Below, in pieces: positions 10,986-21,176 of a stretch of DNA of 64,000 nt. Numbering within the stretch: the first letter of the stretch is position 1; every line of letters starts with the position of its first letter. The stretch comes from Planctomycetota bacterium (GTDB lineage: Bacteria; Planctomycetota; UBA8108; SXIK01): the NCBI GenBank assembly GCA_965223265.1, contig OZ244999.1, forward strand, positions 8,320,001 to 8,384,000. Reading direction: 5' to 3'. A program made the position numbers and the translations under genes. The notes under the pieces were generated by a model, which was given only the letters and a program-made list of their open reading frames with translations, was not told the DNA's origin and made no database searches.

Positions 10986-11722
10986 GTGAACTTCTCCGGC
11001 GCTTCGACGTGGGGATTGTGACCTGAGCCATCGATCACGATGACTTCGGCGGTCGGAAAGTGGTGGCGGATCAAAGTCTCGTCTGCAGGTTCGACGAAGC
11101 TCGACTGCTCACCGATCAGAGCGAGCACGCGACCGTCGAACACCTCCGTACTTTGAAGCGGCGCCGCGCGAATGTCGCTCAGTCCCGCTGCCAGCCCCGA
11201 GAGATTGAGCCGCCAGCGAAACCCTCCGTCTGGGTCACGGCGAAGATTAGTGAGGAGAAACTGACGTGTTGGACGGTCACCAAGGTGCTTTGCGAGCTCA
11301 ACGTCTGCCTCGCGGCGCGATCTGAGGACGCTCAGGTCGAGGGCGCGAAGCGCATCGAGCTCGCGCGAACCGACGGCATAGTCTTTCGGTGCGATGTCGA
11401 CGAAGGTCAGGGAGCGAACCAGCGACGGCGCATCGATTGCGAGGCGCATTGCGACCTTGCCACCCATGCTGTGGCCGAGAAGGTGCACGGGGCCAACGCC
11501 GAGGCTGTCGATGAACTTCGCCACGTCTGCGGCCAGATTCGGATAATCCATCCCCGCTGCATGCGGCGAGGCACCGTGATTGCGTAGATCCGGCGCCCGG
11601 ACGTGGAAGGCATGCGCCAAGGACTTTCCGGCGACGCTCCAGTTGTTGGATGAACCGAAGAGCCCATGGAGAATCACCAGCGGCTCCCCGTCGCCGCCGA
11701 AGTTCTGAGAATGTAGCGCCAC
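10928..11722 (-). CDS. Alpha/beta hydrolase (YbfF-like esterase)
   Basis: LHGLFGS, DLRNHG.SP, GHSMGGK nucleophile, GHNPH. Confidence 0.9.
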   Translation of the reverse strand: MALHSQNFGGDGEPLVILHGLFGSSNNWSVAGKSLAHAFHVRAPDLRNHGASPHAAGMDYPNLAADVAKFIDSLGVGPVHLLGHSMGGKVAMRLAIDAPSLVRSLTFVDIAPKDYAVGSRELDALRALDLSVLRSRREADVELAKHLGDRPTRQFLLTNLRRDPDGGFRWRLNLSGLAAGLSDIRAAPLQSTEVFDGRVLALIGEQSSFVEPADETLIRHHFPTAEVIVIDGSGHNPHVEAPEKFTYEVVRFALGDGTAADRRS

Positions 11723-11984
11723 GCACACAGCTGAAGGGCCTCCGGTTGAAACAGCTCGAATTCTTGCCTTTGCGATCCCCTTTTATCGGAAGTGCCGGGA
11801 AAAATGTCGAAGCTCTTTATGGGACGAGGTCGATAACAACGACAACGTTCAGTTCGTCTCTCGCACCTTCGAGGTGGCGCGATCTCCAAAGGCATGCGTT
11901 TGAGGCTCGCGGCACAGCGACGCGGAGGCGAACTGAGGATCTGATCGATTCTTTTACGTCCGACGGTTTTTCGGGGAGGTCATC

Positions 11985-12269
11985 ATGATCAGGAGACTTT
12001 TCTCACTGATCGTCAGCGTGGCAATCCGGCTTGTTGGCCTACCGGCCAGGATCCGGACCGTGCTCCGCGCTGCTCGGCGTATTCGGCGCCCGACGGCCGA
12101 AACGCGTGTCCCCGCGTTCAGGAGTCACTCTTCGAACGCGAACAAGGCATCGATTGCTTCGGTGCCGTCAGGAGTAGAGGTCAGAACTTCTTTGACAGTG
12201 TGGGGCGACCGGATCTTTATGCTCAGCGGTCCGGGGCCACCGCTGGCGACGGCGGTGACGGCTGCCTGA
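11985..12269 (+). CDS. Possible small hypothetical protein
   Basis: GGAGGT RBS 5 nt before ATG, fills an intergenic gap, followed by a terminator-like hairpin. No family recognised. Confidence 0.4.
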   Translation: MIRRLFSLIVSVAIRLVGLPARIRTVLRAARRIRRPTAETRVPAFRSHSSNANKASIASVPSGVEVRTSLTVWGDRIFMLSGPGPPLATAVTAA

Positions 12270-12302
12270 ACGCGTGGCCGTCTAACATTTCAGAGTACGC
12301 GG

Positions 12303-12347
12303 CGCCTCGGAGTTGTCAGGGCGAAAACTCCGGGGCGTTTTTCTTTT
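12303..12347 (+). terminator. Rho-independent terminator-like hairpin
   Basis: CGCCTCGGAGTT...AACTCCGGGGCG followed by TTTTTCTTTT. Confidence 0.6.
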
Positions 12348-12364
12348 CACCTGTTCACGCGCAC

Positions 12365-14347
12365 TCAGAGAATCAGCTCGACGCGGGCTGGCCGTCCGGG
12401 GATGAGGCGTCCCGCTGCGATTGCTTCTGGCGAAAGCTTGATTTCGCCCTCTTGCATAGCCTGGTCGACAGCTGCCGTGCAGTGAAGCGATCGCAGCCCC
12501 CCCAGCCACCAGCGCCGATCCGTCACGAACAGCAGGTCGCCGCTTTCGGCGCCGAGGTGTTGCAGGTCGCGCGGGTGCAGAGCGACCACCGCCGTCTCTC
12601 CCCGTGCGTCACGTGAGGGTGCGCCACGCGTCGTCTTCGACGTCGTCGTCGCTGACGCGGTCTGCGCGCTCTCTGGCGCTGCGCCCTCGTCCGTCTTTGA
12701 TGCGGCGCCGGTCGCATCACCCGTGGCGCCGACCGCGAGCGTCACTTCGATGTGTCGTCCTGTACTCTCCTTGAGCCGATCAGCGCCCTTGAAGCGCCGC
12801 ATGGCGGCTTTGAGGCTCCAGATCGTCAGGCCGTTCGTGCTCGCGGTGTTTGGCATCAACATCGTGCAAATGACTGCCAGCACCCCGCAGACGAGGATGC
12901 CGTAGAACGCACGCATGAACTTGAAGCCACTGCCGCCGCTCATGCCGTGTGCGATCGGCTGAATCAGCGCCTCTGGAAACGCGAACGAGAAAAAGATCGC
13001 AACGCTGCCGCAGAGGATCGTGGTCAGTGCCGCCCGACCACCGAAGCGGGGCCACACACTGCCGAAAAGAATCACGATGACCAGCGGCGGCGTGATCGCT
13101 GCAGTGAACGTGGCGTGCGCCACGTAGAGCGACTTGAAACTCATGAAGAGTGGTACGAGGACGACACCGAAACCTGCCGTTGCGAGTGAGATGACACGCG
13201 CGACGCGCAGGTAGTGGCGTTCGCTCGCTCGAGACCGCGTCAGCGGCCGGTAGATGTCGTTGACACAGACGGCGCTGACGGCGTTGATCAAAGTGTCGAT
13301 CGTTGACATCAGTGCGGCGGTGAGCGCAGCGAGCACGAGACCGAAGACGCCGGGGCGAGTCAGAAGCTTAGAGACGGTGACGAAGACGTCTTTCGACTCG
13401 TTGACGTCGATCTCACCACGCGCGGCGAGTGCAGCGCCGATCCAGCCGGCACTCGAAACGGCGATCGCCGTCAGCGGCATCATGACGAGCGCTATCCAAA
13501 CGACCGCTTTGCGGCTCTCCGCTGGGCTCTTAGTCGACAAGAATCGCAGCAGAATGCCCTGGTTCATGAAGTAAAAGGCAAAGCTGTTGGCGATACCGTC
13601 CTGCCAAAAAAGGCCGACCGCATTGAAGCCGTCCGGCGTGTTGAAGTCGGCCATGCCGTACTTGTGCGATGTGGGTAGTGCACCCCAAAATTCGCTCCAA
13701 CCGCCCAGGTGCTGCATACCGAGAAAGAGCACGCCAAAGCCGACTGCGAGAAGCAGAACACCCTGGAGGAGATCCGTCATGATGACCGACGTCTGGCCAC
13801 CTGCGGTGACGTAGATACCGCAAAATATGGCCGTCACCCAAACGATCTGCATCTCCGTGAGGCCGACGATCGGCCGCAGCGCCACCGCAATCGTGAAGAG
13901 GTTGTAGCCGATGTAGCCGAGCATGTAGAGCAAGATGATCACGGTGCCAGCGGCGCGAGTCGCGCGGCCAAAGCGGCGCTCGAAGTACTCCGGCACCGAA
14001 AGAATGCGATTGAAGTAGACAATCGGCAGCCACGCGAACATGAAGAGAGGCAGGATGAACCAATCGTTCAAATAGGTGCTGGTCGACGACAGGCCGTAGT
14101 TGTAGGCGGCCTCGGAATACTTCAGGAAGCTGTAGGAGCCAACGAGCGTCGCGATGTAGCTCGCTGTCACCAGCCACGCGCTGAACCGCTGCCCGGACGT
14201 GAAGAAATCTCGCGTCGAGCGTGTATGGAGTCCAAAAAAGGCTCCGAAGGCAAGGATCGCAATCAAGTAAATCGCGATCACGGCCAGGTCCAGAGACGTG
14301 CCCGCTGCCTGCGCGAACCACACTTCAAAGCCGACGAGCGGCGTCAT
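12365..14347 (-). CDS. Sodium:solute symporter (SSS) family protein
   Basis: SVPEYFERRFG, GG..SVIMTDLLQ, AALMSTID. About 13 TM helices. Confidence 0.92.
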   Translation of the reverse strand: MTPLVGFEVWFAQAAGTSLDLAVIAIYLIAILAFGAFFGLHTRSTRDFFTSGQRFSAWLVTASYIATLVGSYSFLKYSEAAYNYGLSSTSTYLNDWFILPLFMFAWLPIVYFNRILSVPEYFERRFGRATRAAGTVIILLYMLGYIGYNLFTIAVALRPIVGLTEMQIVWVTAIFCGIYVTAGGQTSVIMTDLLQGVLLLAVGFGVLFLGMQHLGGWSEFWGALPTSHKYGMADFNTPDGFNAVGLFWQDGIANSFAFYFMNQGILLRFLSTKSPAESRKAVVWIALVMMPLTAIAVSSAGWIGAALAARGEIDVNESKDVFVTVSKLLTRPGVFGLVLAALTAALMSTIDTLINAVSAVCVNDIYRPLTRSRASERHYLRVARVISLATAGFGVVLVPLFMSFKSLYVAHATFTAAITPPLVIVILFGSVWPRFGGRAALTTILCGSVAIFFSFAFPEALIQPIAHGMSGGSGFKFMRAFYGILVCGVLAVICTMLMPNTASTNGLTIWSLKAAMRRFKGADRLKESTGRHIEVTLAVGATGDATGAASKTDEGAAPESAQTASATTTSKTTRGAPSRDARGETAVVALHPRDLQHLGAESGDLLFVTDRRWWLGGLRSLHCTAAVDQAMQEGEIKLSPEAIAAGRLIPGRPARVELIL

Positions 14348-14541
14348 GCTTTGGGTACCAGGAAAACGCTGGCGGCATGCACGAGCGCGTAGAGGGTGAA
14401 GCCGCCGATCATGAGCGCCAAGCTGCGCCGGCCGCTACGACTGCTGAGGTCAATGGAACCGGATCGTACGGAAAGATATGTGCCGACGCCGAAGATGATC
14501 CCGCCGATTCCGTACTGATACAGAAATGACCAATGGTGCAT
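14344..14541 (-). CDS. Small two-TM membrane protein coupled to the SSS gene
   Basis: MHHWSFLYQYGIGGIIF..., 65 aa, ATGA overlap with the symporter start. Confidence 0.65.
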   Translation of the reverse strand: MHHWSFLYQYGIGGIIFGVGTYLSVRSGSIDLSSRSGRRSLALMIGGFTLYALVHAASVFLVPKA

Positions 14542-14996
14542 GGTGGTGGCGTGTCCTTCGTGCGAGCCCCTCCGACTCTGCGGCGGCAACACGTTAACAC
14601 CGCTCGGGAGCGAAAGAAACGGCCGTGCGGTCATTCCTGGCGAAACGCGCCGTCGCCCAACGGGTGCGCGGCATTTTCCGCGCGTCTCAGAGTCCACTTT
14701 CCCGCCGGCCGCTCGGGTCATCGTCGCCTGAGCGAACCATTCGGTTAGGGCAAGGTGCGTGCCGAACGCGGCGCAAATGCCCGGCCCGTCCGCTGGGCCT
14801 CTCGAGCGCTGTGAGGGTGTTTTCTGGTCTCGAATCGTCCGCGCCTCGGATACAATGGGTGCAATTGAATTCCCATGCTCATCCGGTCTTTCGTGTGTCC
14901 ACCTCGAACGCGTCCTGCCGCCGAGGATTGTTGAGCCATGCGGGGAACTGGTCGCAACACGGTTGAACTGAGCGAAGATCATTGGAGAACTGTGGT

Positions 14997-15986
14997 ATGA
15001 AATGCACCATCGCGCTCGCGATTCTTTTGTCGGCGGCTCCTGCTCTTGCGGACGAACTCAAGGGACTGGAAGGCAGCAGCAGCTGGGTCACGGCGCTCGC
15101 CTACTCACCGGACGGCAAGCTTCTGGCGACCGTGGGTGGTCAAACTCTTTTGTATCGTCCCGGCACCGTGGAGGTTTGGGACGTTGCCCAGGGCGAAGTC
15201 ATCGCGAAACTTGAGGGCCATCAGACTGCGGTCTGGTCGGTCGCATTTTCGCCCGACGGCAAGCAAATAGCGACCACTGGCTATGACAGCTCAGTGAAGA
15301 TTTGGTCTTTGGAGAGCAGCAAGGAAGTCGCCTCACTCGAGGGACACAAGAATTGGGTGCTCGACGTAGCGTTTTCACCGGATGGCAAATTGATCGCAAC
15401 GGCGAGCGAAGATACGACGATCAAACTGTGGGAAGTCGCCAGCGGCAAGGAAGCGGCAACGCTCTCTGGTCACGAGGCGACGGTGCGTGCGGTCGTCTTT
15501 TCTCCAGACGGTAAGTCTTTGGTGTCGTCGAGCCATGACAAGACAGCCAAGGTGTGGGACGTCGCGGCGCGCAAAGAGATCGCGACGCTCGGCGGTCACG
15601 AGGGTTGGGTCATGTCTTGTGCGTTCGCCCCCAGCGGCAAACGCCTTGCCACGACCGGCGCTGACAACGTCATTCAAGTGTGGGACGGCGGCGGCGGCGA
15701 ATGGAAGAGCGTTGCAACGCTCAAAGGCCACAAGAACTGGGTGACGTCGGTGAGTTTCTCACCGGACGGCTCGATCATTGCCACAGGCGGTCTGGATCGC
15801 CAAGTGAAGCTTTGGGACGTGGCGACGGCCGCCGACTACGTCAGCACTGATTCCCTCGACGGTACGGTTTGGTCAGTGGCGTTTGCGCCCGATGGCAAGA
15901 ACGTCGCCGTTGGCCTCCAGTCGCGAGAGAACGAAGCCATCAAGCTGCTGCCGGTAGGCGCTTTGCCGCAGCTCGAAGCGTTCTAG
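14997..15986 (+). CDS. Secreted WD40 repeat protein
   Basis: Signal peptide, then about 7 repeats of GH..WV..VAFSPDG..IAT.S.D.TVKLWD. Confidence 0.93.
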   Translation: MKCTIALAILLSAAPALADELKGLEGSSSWVTALAYSPDGKLLATVGGQTLLYRPGTVEVWDVAQGEVIAKLEGHQTAVWSVAFSPDGKQIATTGYDSSVKIWSLESSKEVASLEGHKNWVLDVAFSPDGKLIATASEDTTIKLWEVASGKEAATLSGHEATVRAVVFSPDGKSLVSSSHDKTAKVWDVAARKEIATLGGHEGWVMSCAFAPSGKRLATTGADNVIQVWDGGGGEWKSVATLKGHKNWVTSVSFSPDGSIIATGGLDRQVKLWDVATAADYVSTDSLDGTVWSVAFAPDGKNVAVGLQSRENEAIKLLPVGALPQLEAF

Positions 15987-16137
15987 AGTTTCGGCGCTGC
16001 GCTCGAGCGTGTGACGGCGGGACGTGTGGGATTCGTGACGCCGTAGGTTCGCTCGTGTGAGGATATTGACCCGCGTTGAGGGTCGTCTCGTGGTTGGTGT
16101 GTGGCGGACGCGCGGGTCCGCCGGAGCGGAGAGCGTC

Positions 16138-16959
16138 ATGCCGGAGCTTCCCGAGGTCGAGACGGTGCGGCGGAGTCTCGTGCCAGCTTTGGTCGGACGG
16201 CGGATCGAATCGGTCGACGTCTTCGAGCGGCGGCTACGATACCCCGTGCGTCCGGCGCGGCTGCGGCGGGCGTGTGACCAGACGATCGAACGTCTCGGGC
16301 GCCGTGCCAAATACTTGCTGATGCACCTCGAGGACGCGACAACGATCGTGGTTCACCTCGGCATGAGCGGCCGGTTGCTGACCGCGCCGCGCGGGGCGCC
16401 GCGGCCGTCTCACGTTCATGTCACGTTTGGGCTCAGCGGCGGTTTGGAGCTGCGGTTTCGTGACCCGAGGCGGTTCGGGCTTGTCGATGCCGTCACGACC
16501 CCCGAGTTGGAACGCGATCGGCGCTTCGCCCACCTGGGCGTCGAGCCGCTCTCGGAGGCGTTCGACGGGCGCTCTTTTCATGAGCGCTGCCGGGGCGTCC
16601 GTCGTCCGATCAAGAACTACCTCATGGACGCCAGACAGGTGGTGGGGGTCGGGAACATTTACGCCAGCGAGGCTCTCTTCTTGGCCGGAATTCACCCGCG
16701 CCGCGCGGCGGGCAGCCTCAGCCGCAAACGGTGGGAGCGTCTCGTTGCCAGCGTCAAAGAGGTGCTTGACGCCGCCATCGAGGCGGGTGGCACGACCCTC
16801 AACGACTTTCAAAGCGGCACCGGCGATGCCGGTTACTTTCAGGTGCAGCTACGCGTCTATGGGCGCGAGGGCGAAGCTTGTCTGCAGTGCCGGAGCAAGG
16901 TGAGACGACTCGTGCTGGCGGGGCGTTCGACGTACCTTTGTGGCCGCTGTCAGCGGTGA
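16138..16959 (+). CDS. mutM: Formamidopyrimidine-DNA glycosylase
   Basis: MPELPEVET N-terminus, HLGMSG, GVGNIYASE, C-terminal zinc finger. Confidence 0.97.
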   Translation: MPELPEVETVRRSLVPALVGRRIESVDVFERRLRYPVRPARLRRACDQTIERLGRRAKYLLMHLEDATTIVVHLGMSGRLLTAPRGAPRPSHVHVTFGLSGGLELRFRDPRRFGLVDAVTTPELERDRRFAHLGVEPLSEAFDGRSFHERCRGVRRPIKNYLMDARQVVGVGNIYASEALFLAGIHPRRAAGSLSRKRWERLVASVKEVLDAAIEAGGTTLNDFQSGTGDAGYFQVQLRVYGREGEACLQCRSKVRRLVLAGRSTYLCGRCQR

Positions 16960-16993
16960 GCCGCGCGGCGCCGGATCCTCGGCGCCACTATCT

Positions 16994-17833
16994 TCAAAAC
17001 ACGAAGAGCATGTTCTCGTCGCGTCGCAGCGTGATGCAGTGAGCCGCGCGGCGGCGAAATGCGTCCTTGGACGCCTGTGGGCAACATAGGCTGGTCTGAT
17101 AGTCCCGCCACTCCTTGGTCTTCGGTTCGTCTCCCAGGTAGCCGTAAATCGCTTCCAACCGCGCCGAGAACGCGGCCTGGTTGAAGAGCCACTTGGCGCT
17201 GTGGATGGCGAGCTCGGCGGCGTCGAGATAGTGGGTGCGCTGCTGCGCGTCATCGAGGTTGTTGGCACAGCATGCCAAACAGATGTACGTCGCCAGGTGT
17301 TGATCCGGTCGCGCTGAGGCGTCGTCTGCTAGCTCGAGAAAGTACTCGCGCGCCTCGGCAGGATGGCCGACGTGCAGATGGTAGAGCCCCTGGATGCGCT
17401 TGCGCAAATTGAGCGCCATGCGGACCTCGGGAAACTCGTCCAGGACTTCGTCCGGAAGCTGCGGGAGGAACGGTTGGACGCCGATTTCGCCGCGCTCGGC
17501 GTCTTCGAACAGGAGCACGTTTTCGAACTTGAAGACTTGCAGGAGGAACGTGCGCACTAAATTCGGAATCGTCGGGTCGGCAGACTCGGCGAGCCTGTCA
17601 GCCTTGTCGAACCACTCGCACGCTTCATCGGGCCGACTCTGTAGAGAGCGAATTCGGCCTCGCTGCGAGTAGCCGTGAAAATGACGACACTCCCGGAGCT
17701 CTGCGAAAGAAGCTTCCAGATCTACGCCATCGAGTAAACGGTCGCCCCAACCTTTCGGTAGAGGGCTGTCTGGGATCGCCACGGCCAACTCCTTTCCAGT
17801 TGACATTGTAACGGGAGTCGGCCGTGGGATCAC
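16994..17833 (-). CDS. Hypothetical helical (TPR-like) protein
   Basis: 279-aa ORF with TPR-like segments (GLYHLHVGHPAEAREYF). No family recognised. Confidence 0.6.
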   Translation of the reverse strand: MIPRPTPVTMSTGKELAVAIPDSPLPKGWGDRLLDGVDLEASFAELRECRHFHGYSQRGRIRSLQSRPDEACEWFDKADRLAESADPTIPNLVRTFLLQVFKFENVLLFEDAERGEIGVQPFLPQLPDEVLDEFPEVRMALNLRKRIQGLYHLHVGHPAEAREYFLELADDASARPDQHLATYICLACCANNLDDAQQRTHYLDAAELAIHSAKWLFNQAAFSARLEAIYGYLGDEPKTKEWRDYQTSLCCPQASKDAFRRRAAHCITLRRDENMLFVF

Positions 17834-17860
17834 CTTTGAAAAACATCCTCACTATTTAGC

Positions 17861-18235
17861 TCACGGACACTGATAGTCTTCGCAGCCAGGGTTCGGACTG
17901 GTCGTGTCCGGGTCGCAGTTCGGATTATAGGGCCCTGGCGCCGGTGGTGCCGGCGCGCCACTATCGTAGAGCCAGTTACTCAAATAGATGACGTCGGAGT
18001 TGTCGATATCGCCGTCATCGTTGACGTCGGCCTGGTTCAAGCAGGGCGGTTCGTCGCCGTTGCTGAAGAGAAAATTCGACAGGAAGATGATGTCGCTGTG
18101 ATCGACATCCTGGTCGTTGTTGGTGTCCCCGCGTTTTCCGATAAGGAAATCATCGCCGGGAAGGCCCGCCCAAGTCACACTCGAAACTCCACACACCAGC
18201 CCGAGAACCAACCCAAACCCAAACCATCGGGACAT
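17861..18235 (-). CDS. Small secreted stand-alone dockerin-like protein
   Basis: Signal peptide, then RGDTNNDQDVDHSD and ADVNDDGDIDNSD EF-hand-like pair, then a Pro/Cys tail. Confidence 0.8.
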   Translation of the reverse strand: MSRWFGFGLVLGLVCGVSSVTWAGLPGDDFLIGKRGDTNNDQDVDHSDIIFLSNFLFSNGDEPPCLNQADVNDDGDIDNSDVIYLSNWLYDSGAPAPPAPGPYNPNCDPDTTSPNPGCEDYQCP

Positions 18236-18562
18236 AACAACCTCCTTGAAAAAGGCACTTCGTGAGACACTTCGAGGTGGAGGGATGCCCGATCAGCTCC
18301 GCCGGTCGTCAGGTGGCCAGGCTGACGACACCTTGCGGGGGTCGATGTTTGTCGTCCGAGATGCGTAGACCCAACTCATTCAAACTGATTAAGCACTCGT
18401 GAGCGGACGACCACGGGGCATCTCGGGAGCTTGAATGTGCAACGTTGGTTCCACGGTTTTTCTTATGGAGACCGCCTTCTCGGCCGATGTAGTATGGCTG
18501 CGAGTTGTCTGTGAACCGTTGGTCTAACGTCGGGCTGTTTCGGCCTTTGGAGAGGTGTTGTT

Positions 18563-18967
18563 ATGGCGTCCAAGCGCAGTCAAGAAGCTGGACGGAAAGC
18601 TCCGAACTTGAACGAAGTTCACACTCGTTTGGTAGAGCTTCTCGAGGAATTGCTCAACTGCGTTGACGAGGAAATCGGGCTCGATTCGGCGGCGTTTGCG
18701 TCACAGTCGGTGAACGTTTTGGCGTACGCAGTTCGCAATCATCAGTCGTATGCACTCGTCCAGATGCCGATCGAGGAGAAAGTTCCTCTCACCGAACGCC
18801 AGCGCGAAATCGCCGTGCTCGCCAGCTACGGCATGAAAAACAAGACCATCGCTTTTCGTCTTGGCATCTCGTCCGCGACGGTGGCGGCACATCTCCGACA
18901 CATCTACCGCAAGCTCGAGATCAGCAGCCGCACAGAGCTCGCGCACCGCACCAAGCTGCTCAGCTAA
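18563..18967 (+). CDS. LuxR-type HTH transcriptional regulator without a receiver domain
   Basis: LTERQREI...G..NK.IA..LGIS..TV..HL..IYRKL. Confidence 0.9.
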   Translation: MASKRSQEAGRKAPNLNEVHTRLVELLEELLNCVDEEIGLDSAAFASQSVNVLAYAVRNHQSYALVQMPIEEKVPLTERQREIAVLASYGMKNKTIAFRLGISSATVAAHLRHIYRKLEISSRTELAHRTKLLS

Positions 18968-18999
18968 CGACGCCGTCGGTGCATGGATCCGCGCCCGCT

Positions 19000-19806
19000 C
19001 TATGATCCGCGCGGCGGCTCCGTCGCGGCCCTTAGTCCGCGGAGGAATGCAGCGTAGCCCTTTCGGCCTTCCTTCTCCCACGCCTCGAGGCATGCGGTGC
19101 CGACGATGGCGATTTCGGCTCGACCGTGCAGGGCTTCGACGTCGGCAGCTGTCTTGATGCCGAAACCGAGCGCCAGGGGCAGATCGGTTGCCGCGCGGCA
19201 GCGCTCGAGAAAACGGCCGACGTCGTCTCCGAGCTGTGTCTTTTTGCCGGTGACGCCCTTGCGTGCCACACAATAGACGAACCCTGAGGCGCGTTCGGCG
19301 ATGGCCCGAAGGCGTGGTTCAGAGTTTGTTGGTGTCATCAGGAGAACGGGGTCCAGGCCTCGCGCACGCCCTTGGCGATGCAGTTCGTCAGCTTCCTCCG
19401 GCGGCAAATCGGCAACGATGTAACCCTTGGCGCCGGCGTCGTGGAGGCGCTTGCAGAACTCGGCTGTGCCCATGCGAAAGATGCTGTTGTAGTAGCCCAT
19501 GAAGAGGATTGGGAACGTCACCGCCGCGGCAGCCCGCTCCAAGAAGTCGAAGTAATCCTGCCAGGCGAGGTGGTGGTCGATTGCCACTTGGTTGGCTTTG
19601 ATGAACCATGGGCCGTCAGCGATTGGTTCACTGAACGGGAGCTGCAGCTCGACGACGTCGACGCCCGCATCGCTCATGCACTCGAGCATCTCCCAGTTGG
19701 CCTCAAGCGAAGGATAGCCGACGACGGCGTGCGCCATGAGCAGAATGGGGCGCTCAGCGAGGCGTGAGTCGAGGTGCTCGCGCAGGGAGCTGTGGCACGG
19801 GGTCAT
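19000..19806 (-). CDS. trpA: Tryptophan synthase alpha chain
   Basis: ELQLPFSEPIADGP, GFVYCVARKGVTG, LGFGIK. Confidence 0.95.
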   Translation of the reverse strand: MTPCHSSLREHLDSRLAERPILLMAHAVVGYPSLEANWEMLECMSDAGVDVVELQLPFSEPIADGPWFIKANQVAIDHHLAWQDYFDFLERAAAAVTFPILFMGYYNSIFRMGTAEFCKRLHDAGAKGYIVADLPPEEADELHRQGRARGLDPVLLMTPTNSEPRLRAIAERASGFVYCVARKGVTGKKTQLGDDVGRFLERCRAATDLPLALGFGIKTAADVEALHGRAEIAIVGTACLEAWEKEGRKGYAAFLRGLRAATEPPRGS

Positions 19807-21077
19807 TCGGAACCCTCATACTCAGCGGCCTTCGCGCGCAGGAAGTCGCGCCACCTTTCGTCGCCAAGGGCATCGGCGATGGTGAAGATGTCTTTGTCGC
19901 CCCGTCCGGAGATGTTGACGAGCACGATGTCATCCGAGCTGAGCTCCTTCGCTTCCCGCAAAGCGCCGACAATCGCGTGAGTGCTCTCAAGGGCTGGAAT
20001 GATGCCTTCGTTGCGCACCGTCAAGCGGAACGCCTCGACGACTTCACGATCGGTGGCGCTTTCGAATCGAACACGTCCGACATCATGAAGGTGAGCAAGA
20101 ATCGGCCCGATGCCGATGTAATCGAGCCCTGCTGACACGGAGTGGGTGTCGTTCATGAGTCCTTCGTTGTTCTGAAGGAAGTAGGTCTTGTAACCCTGGG
20201 CCACGCCTGGCGTTCCTTGGCCGCCCGCGATGCGTGCCGCATGCTGACCCGTCTCCAGGCCGAGACCGCCGGCCTCGACTCCCACGAGTTCGATGTCTGG
20301 GTCATCAAGGAAACCCGCAAAAATTCCGGAAGCGTTCGAGCCGCCGCCGACGCACGCGTAGACCCGGCTTGGGAGCTCGCCCACCGCATCGAGCATCTGC
20401 TGACGCGCTTCGCGACCGATGATCGACTGGAAGTACATGACCATTTGTGGAAACGGATGCGGCCCGCAGACGGTGCCCATGACGTAGTGTGTGTTGGCCA
20501 TCGATTCGACCCAGTCGCGTAGGCAGGCGTTGATTGCATCCTTGAGTGTCTTGGTCCCGTCGTCGACCGAGATGACTTCGGCGCCCAGCTGTTCCATCCA
20601 AAAGACGTTCGGCCGTTGCCGCGCGACGTCTTCAGCACCCATATAAATCGTGCACTCCAGCCCAAAGCGTGCTGCCATCGTCGCGGTCGCGACGCCATGC
20701 TGCCCCGCGCCCGTCTCTGCAATGACTCGCGTCTTTCCCATGCGCTTCACGAGCAGGCCTTGGCCGATGACGTTGTTCGCCTTGTGGGCACCTGTCTGGT
20801 TGAGATCTTCACGCTTCGCGTAGATGCGTCCGCCAGATGCGATCCGACTGAGGTTTTCACAAAAAGTGATGGGTGTCGGGCGACAGGAATAGGTCGACAT
20901 GACCGACTCGTACTCGCCCCAGAACTGGGAATCACTCTGCGCTGAAGCGAACGCTTGGCGCAGCTCCGCGATGGTCTCGTGCAGAATCTCGGGCACGAAG
21001 GAGCCACCAAACTCGCCGTAATACCCTTCGCGTTCAGGTTTGAATTCAAACAGTTCTCTAAGCATCTCAGCTGTCAC
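19803..21077 (-). CDS. trpB: Tryptophan synthase beta chain
   Basis: KREDLNQTGAHK (PLP Lys), AETGAGQHG, SAGLDY, NISGRGDKD. Confidence 0.97.
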   Translation of the reverse strand: MTAEMLRELFEFKPEREGYYGEFGGSFVPEILHETIAELRQAFASAQSDSQFWGEYESVMSTYSCRPTPITFCENLSRIASGGRIYAKREDLNQTGAHKANNVIGQGLLVKRMGKTRVIAETGAGQHGVATATMAARFGLECTIYMGAEDVARQRPNVFWMEQLGAEVISVDDGTKTLKDAINACLRDWVESMANTHYVMGTVCGPHPFPQMVMYFQSIIGREARQQMLDAVGELPSRVYACVGGGSNASGIFAGFLDDPDIELVGVEAGGLGLETGQHAARIAGGQGTPGVAQGYKTYFLQNNEGLMNDTHSVSAGLDYIGIGPILAHLHDVGRVRFESATDREVVEAFRLTVRNEGIIPALESTHAIVGALREAKELSSDDIVLVNISGRGDKDIFTIADALGDERWRDFLRAKAAEYEGSE

Positions 21078-21176
21078 TCGTAGCGCTCGGGAGAGCGTGA
21101 GTCGAGGTTCCGATCAAGACAGGAGCTGTAGGTCGTACGAACCTCGTCGCTACTTGGTTCGTTCGTTTCGACCATC

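Noticed and set aside
16956-17053. 15-bp direct repeat GTGAGCCGCGCGGCG as an att site
   Set aside because: The copies are only 83 bp apart, GC-rich, one lies inside a CDS, and they do not bracket the islet.
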